64,000 bases of DNA from positions 2,170,001 through 2,234,000 of the forward strand of contig JABVCE010000002.1 of assembly GCA_014905635.1 (NCBI GenBank). Reading direction: 5' to 3'. Positions 13,371 through 25,637 of this stretch are shown here, one piece after another (the first letter of the stretch is position 1; each line of letters opens with the position of its first letter). The notes under the pieces were generated by a model that saw nothing but the letters and a program-made list of their open reading frames with translations, was not told the DNA's origin and ran no database searches. This DNA is from Scenedesmus sp. PABB004 (taxonomy: Eukaryota). Position numbers and translations under genes: made by a program.

Positions 13371-14870
13371 TCACCAGCTGCTGCCGGCGCCGCCGCCGTT
13401 GCGGCTGCTGCCGCCGCCGAACGAGGCCGGCTCGCTCGCGCCGAAGCGGCCCGCCTGCTCGAGCTGCGCCTGGCGCGCGCGGTTGGCGGCCTCAAACTGC
13501 ACCACCGCGTTGTCGAGCGTGCGACCGGACGCGAGGTCCTCCTCCCACGCGTACAGCATCGGGCTGCGGCGCGCGCCGCGCGGCGGGCGGCGGCGGCGGG
13601 CGCGCGTGAGGGCGGGCGCGCGGCGCGGCGCGCGCCGCGCGCGACGGCTGCGCTGCAGCCCCTGGCCCCGCGCGCCCGCCGCCCGTCTCGCTGTGGCCCG
13701 TCCCGCCGCATCCCGCCGCGGCCCGGGCCTGCGGGCCTCACTCTGTGATGTAGTCCGGGTACATCGCCCGCAGCCGGCGCAGCCGGAAGCCCAGCTCCGG
13801 CAGCCACACCTGCGGCGCGGGGCGGCGCCGGCGGCGTGCGGCCGCGGTCGCGCTGCTGCGCCGGGCGCAATGCACGCACAGTGCGCGCACAATGCAATGC
13901 AGCGGCGGCAGCAATGCGGCGGCAGCAGCGGCGGCGGCGGCGCACCTGCTGCTGCATCATGTCGTAGTCATTGTAGGGCCAGTAGCCCTGCGGCCCGTAG
14001 CCCCACCCGCGCTGGCCCCAGCCGGGGCGGCCAAACACGCGCGGGCCGTGCGGGCCGTGCGGGCCCCACGCGCCCTGCGGGCCGTATGGGCCCCACCCGC
14101 CGGCGCCGGGCGGGAAGGCCCCAGGCGGGTAGGCCCCCGGCGGGTACGCCCCCGGCGGATAGCCGCCCGGCCCGCCGAGGCCGACGCCGACGCTGAAGCC
14201 GCCGGGCGTGCCAAAGCCGGCGCGGAACGCGCCCCCGAGGCCCCGGCGGCGGCCATGCCGGGCGGCACGCCGGCCTCGGCGCCGAGCCCCGCCGCGCACG
14301 AGCCGGGCGGCGCGCCGCGCGCCGCCGCGCCGGGGTCGTCCTGCGCGTCCAGGTCCTTGCGGCAGATGGGGCAGTTGGTGTGCGTCTTGAGCCACCTGCG
14401 CGGTGCGGCAGCATGAGCGGCGGACCGGCGCGAGGGTGGCGGCGCGGCGTGCGGCAGCGCCGCCCGGCGCGCGCGGCGGCGCGGCGCCCGCTGCTCACTC
14501 GCTGATGCAGCCGTCGCAGAAGGTGTGGCCGCAGCGCAGCACGAGGGGCAGGCGCGCCGCGGGCGGCCGGCCGCGGCCGTGGCCGTGCGCCGCGCCGCCC
14601 CCAGGCTCGCGCTCGCCGCGGCGGCTTTCTTCGCCCAGAAGCCCTTGGGGCTGGACGCGCCCGTGCTGGCGCTGCAGGCGGCGCCCGCAGAGCAGCCGGC
14701 GCCGGCCGTAGAGGCGGCGGACGCGCCGGCGGCGGCGCCGGCGGCGGCGGCGCCGCCCGCCAGGCCCGCGGCGCGCGCGGCCGCGGCCGCGCCGGCGGCG
14801 CTCGCCGCGCCCCGCCGGTCGTCGCCGAGCAGCGGCGCGGAGGGGCTCGCGTCGGGGCGGTCGCCCGGCT

Positions 14871-14901
<31 letters not shown>

Positions 14902-16646
14902 CGGCGCGGCGGGGCCGCCGGGGCCCGTGCCGGGCGGCGGGGCGGCAAAGTCTTCGAGGCAGATGGGGCAAGACACCGCGGCGTACTGGCGGCCCCGGAT
15001 GGCCGCCTGGTCGCGCCTGATCGCCGCGAGCTTGTCGGAGCACGCCTGCGGGCGGGCGTGAGGGGGCAGGCGCGGGGCTCGCGGGTGCGCGTGCGCGCGC
15101 GCGAGGGAGAGAGGGGGCTCGCCGTGCCGCGCAGGCGGCGGCGCGCGGGGCGGCGCGCGGGCGAGCCCCGCGCGCGCGCGCGCGCCTTGAAGCGCGCGGC
15201 GGAGCGGCGGCTGCTCCACCAGCCCCAGCCGACGACGGCGGCGATGCAGGCGCAGAAGAACAGGAAAATGCCCGCGCCGTCCTCGCCGTCCACGCCGCCG
15301 CTGTCGGGCGTGAGCCCGTTGCACAGCTGCCCGACCTGCTGCACCGCCGACAGCACCGCGTCCGCGTACCTGCGGCGACCGCCAGGCGCGGCTCGGCGGG
15401 CCGGATCGCGCATCGCGCGTGCGCCGTGCGCCGTGCGCCGTGCGCCGCGCGCTGCGCGTGCCCGCCGCCGCGCCGAGTTTTGCCCGACCCAGCGCCGCGG
15501 CGCACCGCTTGTGCTTGAGCGCAGGCTTGATGTTGTCCAACACCGCCGCGAGGCGGGCATCGCTGACGACGCTCTTGACGCCCGCGCCGGTGCTGATGTA
15601 GACCTGGCGCGCGGCGCGGGCGCGGTGCGGCGAGGCAGGGCGCCGTGAGGGCGGCGCGGCGGCCCGGCGTACGAGCGGCGCGCGCTGCTCCGTGCACTGC
15701 GCGCCGCGCGGCTGGCAGCGGCGCCGCAGCGCAGCGCCGCGCCTGGCGGTCGCCGATGGCGAGCAGGATGAGTGCTCCGTTCTGGCACGCCGCGCTGCCG
15801 ACGCCCCAGGCGTCGTGCAGCGCGCGCGCAAAGCCCTGCGCCGCGGCGCCCTTGTCGGCGTAGCGGCGGTGGTCCATGTGGTGCATCACAGCGACCGCGA
15901 CCTGCAGCGCCGGCGGCCGCGGGGGCGCGGCGGTGAGCCGCGGCCGCTGCGAGCCGGCGCGCATGTGTGGGCGCATGTGCATGCGAGCGGGACAGCAGTG
16001 CGCGCGGGCCGGCCGCCAGCGCGGGCGCCGCGGCCGCCGCGCCGAGGCGGGGCTGCTGCCGCCGGTGCTGCCGGTGCTGCTGGTGCTGCTGGCGCTGCCG
16101 CCGCTGCGTGGCCGGCCCCGGCTGCCAGCGGCCGCGGCGGCCGCGGCGGCCCGGCGGCGCACGCACGTGGAAGCCCTCGCGCTTGTCGCCGCACGGCGCG
16201 GCCTTGTACGGCGGCTCCGCCTCCGCGATCTCGTTGATCAGGCCGTCCACCTGGCGCGGAGGCGGGGCCGGCCGCGCGGCGGCGTGGTCGGCGCGCGCCG
16301 CGGAGCGAGCGAGCAGCGGCGCCGCCGCCGCCGGCTGCCCCCGCGCGGCGTCCGGCGCCCGGCCGGCGCCGCCGCCGCGCGGGGAGCACCACGCCGCGCC
16401 AGGCCTGCCGAAGCGCCGCACCATGTTCTGCGCGCGCGCGTCCAGGATCATCTCGGGGTCGCAGATGTTGGAGCGCACCCCGCCGCGCCCGCAGGCGTCC
16501 ACGTCGCGCTGGGGGTCCGGGAAGGTCGCGGGCGTCCAGCGCTTGAGGCCGCCGCCCGCCACGTACTGCGCCGCCCCGGGCCGCACGAGCGCGGCCGCGA
16601 GGCAGAGCGCGAGCAGGCCCGGCCCGCACGAGCGCGGCCGCGCCAT
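13371..16646 (-). CDS. Signal peptide + TPM (TLP18.3/Psb32/MOLO-1) domain + TM helix + RING finger protein; putative membrane E3 ligase
   Basis: Hydrophobic leader LLALCLAAALV; FPDPQRDVDACGR..ICDPEMIL; FARALHDAWGVGSAACQNGALILLAIGDRQ/VYISTG; TM IFLFFCACIAAVVGWGWW; RING CPIC...CGHTFCDGC..W...CPIC; tail FGGGSSRNGGGAGSSW. Confidence 0.8.
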
Positions 16647-17077
16647 GCCGAGCTCCCTCATGCACAGACCGGCCAGACCGGGCGCCGGAGAATGCGGCGA
16701 CGCGACGCGCGCGGGCCAAGCGGGGGCGCGGGAGCAGCAGGAACCTCGCGGAAGGACAGCAGCGCGCCCGCAAAGCCCTGCGTGCCCGCGGACCCTCGTG
16801 CGCCGCGCCCCGATCGCCGTGCAGTCCCGTGCCGACTGCAGCCACGCCGCCGCACGCCGCGACCGACCGGCGCCGACCGCCGCTCCCGCACGCCGCTGCC
16901 GGCGCGCCCGCGACAGCGCCGCGGGCGGGCGGCGCGTCCGCTCACCTGCCCGCCCAGCGGGGCAGCAGGGACACAGCAGCCGCCTGGCCGCGATCGGCGG
17001 AGCGGCGGCGCCGATGCCGCCGCTGCGCTGAGCAGCAGCAGCGCCGCGGCGGCGCGCCGCACCCGCCCGCCGCGGTG

Positions 17078-17380
17078 ATGGCGCCTGGGGGGCCACCCAC
17101 GGCGGGCGCCGCCGGGGAGCAGCCGCCGCGCGGCCGGCGCCGGCCGCCGGAGACGCGGGCGCAGCTCGCGCGTGACCTGGCCACCGGCATGGTCACGAGC
17201 GGCGTCTACACGACCGCCACCTACCCCATACACCGGGTCAAGATTCTCCTGCAGACGCAGGACGCCAACCCGCGCATCATCAGCGGTGCGCCGAGCTGTC
17301 TCCAGCGGGGCCAGCGGCCGCGGCCGCGCCAGGGCGCCGCCGCGCGAGCGAGCGGCGCGAGCGGGGCGGCGGGGGGCGAC

Positions 17381-17412
<32 letters not shown>

Positions 17413-18746
17413 CCCGCGCTCGCGCCGCGCAGGCAAGGTGCCGCGATACTCCTTCGTGCACAGCTTCGGGCGCCTCGCGCGCGAGCAGGCGCGGGCGCCG
17501 GCGCGGCGCGCGGGGAGGCCGTGGTGGGCCACGCGGCGGACGCAGACGCGCCGCGCCGCGCCGCGCCCCGCCGCGCGCAGGGCGTGCTGGGGCTGTGGCG
17601 CGGCAACACGCCGTACCTGCTCCGCCACGTGCCCAGCATCTCCATGTCGTTCGCCTTCAAGGCGCGCGCCCGCCGCCGCCGCCGCCGCCCGCCCGCCGGG
17701 CCTCTCGGGCCTGCGGGCCGGCGCGCGCGTTGCCCGCGCACGGCCCGCGTGCACACGCGCAACGTGCAACGCGCGCGCCGCCGTCGCCGCCGCAGGACGC
17801 GTTCCGGGAGGCCCTGCCGCGCGTCGACGCGGCGGCGCGGCCGGCCGCGGCGCTGGCGGTCAACGCCGCCGCCGGCGCGGCGGCGGGCGCGCTGTCGCTG
17901 GCGCTCGTGTACCCGTTCGAATTCGCGACCGTCCGCCTCGCGGCCGACCTTGGCGCCGGCGCTGCTGACCGGCAGTTTGGCAACGGTGCGCCGCCGCGGC
18001 AGGCGCTGCCGGCCCCCCCGGCGCGCAGCACTGCCCCGCCCCGGCGCTGCCGGCGGCGCCCGCGCGCGGCCGGCCGGCCCACGCGCCGCGCGCGGGCGCG
18101 CGCGCGCGCGCGCAGGCATGCTCTCCGCGTGGCTGACCGCGATGCGGAGCGGCGGCGCGGGCGTGTATCAGGGCTTTGGCGTCGCCGTCGCGAGCATGGC
18201 TGCCTACAAGGCCCTCTACTTCGGACTGCATGACTCGGCAAAGGCCGCGCTCTGGGGCGAGCAGGTATGGCGCACAGCGGGGGCGCAGCGGCGGCGCAGC
18301 AGGGGAGCGGCCCGTGCGCACGACGCCGTGCGCGCGCGTCACCGCCGGCGCGGCGCCGCGCGCCGCAGGCGGCGGGGCGCGTCGAGCTGGCGCCGCGCGA
18401 GCTCGCGGCGCGCACGCTTCTCGCCGCGGCGACGACGGTCACGGCCGCCACGCTGACCTACCCCCTGGACATCATCCGCAAGCGCCTCATCGTCGAGCTC
18501 GGCGCGCCGCCGGCAGCGGCAGCGGCGGCGCAGCAGCTTGGGCCCGGCGGCGGCGGCGCGGTGCCAGCGGCGGGCACGGCGCCGCGGCGCGGCGGGTTTG
18601 CCGCCTGCGCACGGCGCATCTACGCGCGCGAGGGGCTGCGAGGGTTCTTCAGGTTCTGGGGGTTTGACATGGTTTTCCGCGCCGGCGGCGGGCTGCTGCT
18701 GGTGGGCTACGACGTGCTGCGCAGCCCCCGCGACGGCGGCGGCTGA
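17078..18746 (+). CDS. Mitochondrial carrier family protein, ADP/ATP-carrier-like but atypical
   Basis: Three carrier repeats: YPIHRVKILLQTQD, GLWRGN..YPFEFATVRLAAD, YPLDIIRKRL..EGLRGFF. Confidence 0.85.
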
Positions 18747-19033
18747 GCGGCGCTGCTGGCGCTGCGCAGCGCTGCTGCAGCCCCGCCGGCATGCCGGCGG
18801 GACTAGCTCAAGCCCGGCGGCGGCGGTGGGCGCGGGTATTGTGCGCGGCGCGGCGGCACTGCACTCACCATCTCTTGCCGCCAGCCTCCTGCAGGGGAGG
18901 CGCGCGGCTGAAACGAACTCGCACGAGCGAGGCGTCGGGCGCGGCTGCGCCGCGGCCGAGGCAACCTGCCTGGCGCGCTGGGCCTGCTGCCGCTCAGCCG
19001 CTCGCTCGCCGCGTGATCGCCGCCGCAGCACCG

Positions 19034-19038
19034 TTACA
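19034..19038 (-). promoter_or_regulatory. TGTAA polyadenylation signal, probably for OGDH E1
   Basis: TTACA on the + strand about 420 nt past the OGDH stop. Confidence 0.45.
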
Positions 19039-19460
19039 CGCAGCCGTGCTAGGGCACGCTGCGCGCAGCACGGCGCCCAGCCCGACGGCGCCAGCCCCCG
19101 CCTCGTGCGCAGTGCCCCGACGCCGCCAGCGCGCGCGGTGCGGCGTGGGCCGCCCCGGCAGCGCGCGCAGTGCCGCCCGCCAAGCGACACGCCCAACACA
19201 CAACAACGAGCGATGTGAGATAAGCTGATGACCCCCGCCGCCGCCGCCGCCAGCCGCGCCCGCCGCGCGCCACAGGGGCGCCGGCCCCGAGGCCGAGCGC
19301 GCCGCGCGCCCCCCCCCCCCCCCCCCCCGCCCTGCACCCTGGCCGCCCGCCCACCCGCCCACCCGCGCGGCCCGCGCCGCCGCCGCTGCGTGGGGCCGCT
19401 CAGCCATCCAGGCAGAGGCCAGGGCTCGCGGCTCCCGAGCTCAGCACGGCAGAGGCCTGC

Positions 19461-22400
19461 TCAGTAGGGCATCTTGTAGTCGAGCGAGAGCGCGTCGCCG
19501 ATGAGCTGCGCCTGCTCCTGCGCGTGCACCTCGCCGTAGCCGGTCGCAGTCGACGCGCTCGGCGGCCGGCCCGCGTAGGTCACGCGGCCCGTCGTCGCGC
19601 GGCCCTCGGCGCGCATGCAGCTCTCCAGGCGCGGCTGCGCGGCGCGGCGCGCGGGCGTGGGCCGGGCGGGCGGGCGTGAGACGGGCGGCGCGGCGGCGGG
19701 GCCCCGCCAGCGGCCCGGCGCCTGACGAGGCGTCCCCTCGCCTCCCCTCCTCGACCTCGCCCTCGCTCTCCCGTCCCTCCCCCCCCCCGTCCCGTCCCCC
19801 TCCTCCCGCCCGTCCTCCCCGACCCCGCCCCCGCCCCGCCCTCCTCCCGTCCCCGTCCCCGCCCCCTCCTACCAGCCGTACCCCCTCGGCCGCCCCTGTC
19901 CGCCCTCCCTCCGCCGCCCCTGTCCCCCGCCCAGCCACCCACCTGGACGTGGTAGTAGGCGCCCATGTTCATCGGCTCCTCCTGGCACCACAGCAGCTCC
20001 GCGCCCGGGTAGCGGTAGATCTCACGCGCCACCAGGTCAAAGGGGAACGGCGCGAGCTGCTCGATGCGCACCAGCGCGACCTCGCCCGCGCGGCCCTGGC
20101 GCTCGCGCTCGGCGTGGAGCTCGTAGAAGACCTGCCGGGGCGGGCGGCGGGGAGGGGGGTGGGTGGGTGGGTGGGCGGGTGGGTGGGTGGGTGGGGGGGG
20201 GGGTGCACCGTGAGCGAGCGAGCGTGGCGTGGCGTGGGAGGGAGGCAGGGCGCGTGTGTGCGGGCGCCGACCGAGGCACTGCGCCGGTCGCGGCGCGCAC
20301 ACACGCGCCCTGCCTCCCACGCCACACTCACGAGCGCGCCGCGCGGCGCCGCCACCTCGCCCACGCCGCCCCCTCCCCCGCCCCCTGCCCCCCGCGCCGG
20401 CGCGCCCCGCCCCGCCCCGCGCCGCAAGCGCCCCGCCCCGCCGCGCCGCGCCCCGCCCCGCCCGCGCCGCGCCGCGCCGCGCCGCGCACCTTGCCGGTGC
20501 AGAAGACGACGCGCTTGACGTCGGGCTCCTGCGGCGGGCGCGGCGCGCGGCTCTTGGGCATGAGCCCCGCGTCGTCCATGATGAGGCGCTTGAACCGCAC
20601 GCCCACGATGCCCTGCACGCGGGGTTTGGGGTTCAGGGTTTGGGGTTTGGGCGGGCGGCGGCGGGGTTGTTGAGAGGGGGCTCAGGGCTCAGGGTTTGAG
20701 GCGGGGACGGCGCGGGCTGGGGCGAGAGGGAGAGAGGAGGCGGCTGGGCGCGCGGGGCGAGGCGCAGCGTGGCGGCGGCGCGGGGCGCGGCGCTGCGGCG
20801 GCGGCGGCGGCGCGGCGCGGTGGCGGCGGGGCGCGCGCCTGGTCGTCGGGGACGTCGTCAAACTCGCTGAGCGGCGACTTGCACTTGGGGTGGCGCAGGA
20901 GGTTCTTGGGGCTGAACACGATGAGGGGCTTGCGGAACTGGCGGTGGATCTGCGCGGCGCGCGGGGCGGGCAGGGGGCGCGGGGCGGAGGGGCATGGGGC
21001 ATGGGGCGTGGGGCGGAGGGGCGTGGGGCGGAGAGGGGGCGGAGGAGTGGATGGGCGAGTGGGGGAGCGCCGGCCCCCCTCTCTCTCTTGCACTCTCTCG
21101 CGCGGCCCAGGCGTGTGTGTGCGCAGCAGCGCCCACCTGGCGGCGCAGCACGTGGAAGTAGTTGGCCGGCGTCGTGCAGTTGACGACCTGCCAGTTGGTG
21201 TTCTGGATCTGGGTGCCCAGGTGGCTCCCCGTGAACCACTCCCGCGCGTCGACCTGCGTGCCCGCGCCGGCGGCGTGAGCGGCGCCCCGAGCGCTGGCGG
21301 GTCAACGGCTGACGGTCAACACATGACGGTCAACACATGACGGTCAACAAATTAACGGTCAACGTAACACATTGTAACGCGGTCACCTGGGGCAGGAGGT
21401 AGGGGTTCTCGTCGCTCATCTGCAGGAAGCGCTCCATGCGCGCGCTGCTGTGCTCGGGGCCCTGCCCGTCGTAGCCGTGCGGCAGCAGGCACACGAGCCC
21501 GCTCTGGCGCAGCCACTTGGCCTCGCCGCTCGACAGGAACTGGTCAAAGATGACCTGGAGGGTGTGGGGAGAGAGCGAGGCGGAGAGGGGGGAGGGGAGC
21601 GGGAGGGAGGGAGGCGTGAGGGCGGGGGGCGGGCGGCCGAGGCACGCTCGCACGCCTGCCAGCGCGCCGCCGCGCGGCACGCTGCGCCGCGCGGCCCGCG
21701 GCCTGCCCGCGCCGCGCGCCGCGCGCCGCGCCGCCCCCGCCGCGCGCCTGCGCGGTGTTGGCAAAGTCGCCGAACTGCGCCTCCCAGAGCACGAGGGCGT
21801 TGGGGTTCTCCATGGAGTAGCCGAGCTCAAAGCCGAGCACGCCGTACTCGCTCAGGCTGCTGTTGGTCACCGTGAACTGCCAGGGCTTCTGCCCGGGGAA
21901 CACGTGCGCGAGCGGGACGTACTTGGAGCCTGGCGGGGCGCGGCGGCGGGGCGGCGGCGGCGGGGGGCAGCAGCGGTGTGGGCGCCGGGGCGCGTCGCGG
22001 GCGCTCGCGCAGCCGAGGCCGGGCGCGGGAGCGGGCGGCGCGGCGGCGGGCGGGCAGGCGGGCGTGGCGCGGCGGCGCAGCGCGCGCACCGTCGTTCTGG
22101 TCGTGCAGCACGGCGTGGCGGTGGCTGAACGTGCCGCGCTCCACGTCCTGCCCGCTCAGGCGCACGTGGTTGCCCTCGCTCAGCAGCGTCGCAAACGCGA
22201 GCGCCTCGGCGGTCGCCCAGTCCACCTCCTCGCCTGCGCCGCGCGCGCGCGCGCGCGCGGGGCGCGGGGCGCGGCGGCGGGCGCGGGCGCGTGAGCCCCG
22301 CCGCGCCTGCGGCGGCCAGGCGCCGCTGGCGCCTCCGCCTCGCTCGCGCGCCGACGCTCCGCTAAGAGCAACACGCGCGCGCGCGCGCGCCGCGCGCACC

Positions 22401-23183
22401 CGACTCGATCATCGCGCGGCGCTGCTCGTAGACCTTTTTGATCTGCCGGTGCGGCGTGAAGCCCTCGGGCAGCTTCGTGAACGCGGCGCCGACGCTCTTG
22501 AGGATCTCGGGGCTCACGCCTGGCGGGCGGGCGGGCGGGCGGGTGGGCAGGCGGGGGAGGGTTTCAGGAGGGTTTGAGACGGCGGGCGGGCGGGCGCTGG
22601 GCCGCCCGGGGAAGGCGGCGGCGGCGGCGGCGGCGGCGGCGGGGGTTCGCAGCCCCGCGGCGCGCACGGCGCGGCGCCTGGGCGCGCACCGGTGTTGCGG
22701 ATGCGCGAGAGCTGCGCGGGCGACATGAACCCCTGCCAGTGGCTCGCGAGCCAGTCCTTGGCCGAGGGGCGGTAGCTGCGCCCGGCCTCGTACTCGGTGT
22801 TCAGAATCTCCTGCACGCGGTCGTGCACCGCGCGCACCTGCGCGGCGCACGGGCGGCGGCGGCGGCGGCGCGCGTGCGCGGGGGCGGGCGCGCGCGCGTG
22901 CGCGGGGCGGGAGGGCCGCGGCGGGGCGGCGGGCGGGGCGGCGGGCGGGGCGTGCGCCGCGCCGTTGCGATCGCGCCGGCTGCAGTGCCAGGCGGTCGCG
23001 ACGGCGCGGCGCGCGCCCCGCCCGCCGCCGCCCGCGGCGCCGCGCCGCCTGCGCTGCGCTGCGCTGCGCGCGCGCGCGCGCGCCGGGCGCGGCCGTCCCC
23101 CGCTCCCCGCCCAGCCCGCCCTCGCCCCACGCTGCATGCGCAGGCGCCTAGCGCCGCGGTGCGCGTCGCCCCCCCCCCCCCCA

Positions 23184-23215
<32 letters not shown>

Positions 23216-23726
23216 TCGCGTCGCGGCGGCCGCGCGACGCGCCTGCGCCTTGTCCATGCTGCCCTCTGCGAGCAGGCGCTCGACGTAGCGCTGGTGGCTG
23301 TTCTTGTGGGTGCGGATCTTCTTGTACATGAGCGGCTGCGTGAACATGGGCTCGTCGATCTCGTTGTGACCGTACTTCCTAAAAGCACGTGGGTGGGGGC
23401 GCGTGCGGGCGCGTGAGCGCAGCGAGGGAGGAGAGGAGGGGGCGCGCGGCGGGAGGGGGAGGGCGGGAGAGGGCAGGTGGCGGCGCGCGGTGGTGGGCGC
23501 GCGGCCGCGCGCGGCGTCGGCGGCCCTCGCCTCCGCACGACGCGTGGGCGGCGGCTGCGTCCGCGCGCTCGTGCGGCGTGCGTGCATTGCATTCCACGCA
23601 CGCCGGACGAGCGCGCAGACGCAGCCGCCCACACAACACACGCAGCCACACGCAGCCCCGCCCCGCGGCGCGCGCCCAGCCCCTCCCCGCACCCCGCCCT
23701 GCCGCGCGCCCAGGGCCACACACACG

Positions 23727-23757
<31 letters not shown>

Positions 23758-23794
23758 ACGCACACGCACGCACACGCGCGCACGCGCACGCACG

Positions 23795-23837
<43 letters not shown>

Positions 23838-25603
23838 ACGCACACGCACACGCACACGCACACGCACACGCACACGCACACGCACACGCACACGCACACG
23901 CACACGCACACGCACACGCACACGCACACACCTGTAGCAGACGAGGTCGACGACCACGTCGGTCTTCCACGTCTGCCGCCACTCCGCCGCGAGCTCGCAC
24001 ACGCGCACGACCGCCTCGACGTCGTCCGCGTTGACGTGGAAGATGGGCAGGTTGAGCGCCTTGGCCACGTCGGTGCAGTACGGGCTGCTGCGCGACTCCT
24101 TGGGGTCGGTCGTGAACGCGACCTGTTGTTGGTGTGGCGCGCGGCACGCGGCGCGGCACGGGGCGCGGCGGCGGCGCGGCGCGGTGAGCGCTGGTGAGCC
24201 CTGCTGCGGCGCGCCCGTGCCGGCGCGCCAGCGCGTCAAGGCGCCAGCCAGCGCCAACAAGGCGCCGCGCGCGGGCCTGGTTGTTGACGACCAGGTGGAT
24301 CGTGCCGCCCACGGTGTAGTCAACGAGGCCGCAGAGGTCGAGCGTCTCAAACACAATGCCCTGCGCGGAGGGTTTTAGAGGGGGGGCCCAGAGGGTTTTA
24401 GAGGGGGGCTCAGAGGGCTTCAGAGGGGCTCAGAGGGGCGCCCGCGGCGCGCGGGCGAGGGGCGCGGCGCGGCGCGCGGCGGGCGCACCTGGCCGCTGAA
24501 CGCGCCGTCGCCGTGCAGCAGCACCGACGCGCTCTGGCTGCGGTCCGCGTCGTCGCTGAAGAACTGCTTCGCCCGCGTCTTGCCCAGCACGAGCGTGTTG
24601 ACCGCCTGGCGCGCGCGTCGACGGCGCGGCGCGCGTGAGCGCGTGAGCGCGTGAGCGCCGAGGCTCTCGGCACTGCGTGCGCGCGGACGCTGCCAGCGCG
24701 ACGCGCCGCCGCGGGGCGCCTCGCCGCCGCCGCGCGCGCCCCGAACCCCGCCGCCCCTAAACCCTAAACCCTGCGCCCCGTCGCCCCTAAACCCTAAACC
24801 TGCGCCCTGCCGCCCCTAAACCCTGGACCCTGCCCCGCCCCACCTCGAGGTGCGAGGGGTTGGCCATGAGGGAGAGGTGCACCATGCGCCCGCCGACGGT
24901 GGGGCGGTTGTAGCTCGTGCCGAGGTGGTACTTCACGTCGCCGCTGCCCGTGTACTCGCGCTCGTCGGGGCCCTTGAGCTTCTTGCCCGTGAACTCGCTG
25001 AAGATCTGGGCCATCGGCTTGCGCACAACGTTGGCGAGCACGTTGAGCCGGCCTGCGCGCGGGTGCGTGTGGGTGGGTGGGTGGGTGTGCGCGTGCGGGT
25101 GTGCGTGCGTGTGGGTGTTTTTGGGGGGGAGGGTGCGCCCCGCCACTCCCCATCCACCCACACATTCACCCACCCACACCACCACACGCACACCACCACA
25201 CGCACACCACCACACGCACACACACAGTCACACACACAGTCCCCCACACGCAGCCTCAACAGCGCGCACCGCGGTGTGGCATGCCGATGACGATCGACTT
25301 GCAGCCCCGGTCTGTGATGCGGTCGATGAGCGCCTTCATGCCCGGGATGAGCGTCTCGCACCCCTCCAGGCCAAAGCGCTTCGCCGCAGTGTACCTGGGG
25401 GGGGGGGGGGGGGGGGGGGGGTTGGGGAGGGCGCGGGAGGGCGCGCGCGCGCGCGGCGCGGGAGGGAGGGGGCGCGGGCGGGCGCGGCGAGGCGCGGCGC
25501 GGCGCGGCGCGGCGCGGCGGCGGCTGGCACGGCCCCCCCCGGGCTGGCACGCCGCCTCCCCCCGCAGGGCTCCCCCCCCCCCCCCCCCCACACACACAAG
25601 GCT

Positions 25604-25637
<34 letters not shown>

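Noticed and set aside
21300..21390. Short regularly spaced repeats resembling a CRISPR array
   Set aside because: The period is only 14-15 bp with no unique spacers, no cas genes, and a eukaryotic intron context.
23379..24354. ORFs with (VC)n, (HT)n, (RV)n or (CA)n peptides resembling metal-binding proteins
   Set aside because: They are translations of an intronic microsatellite.
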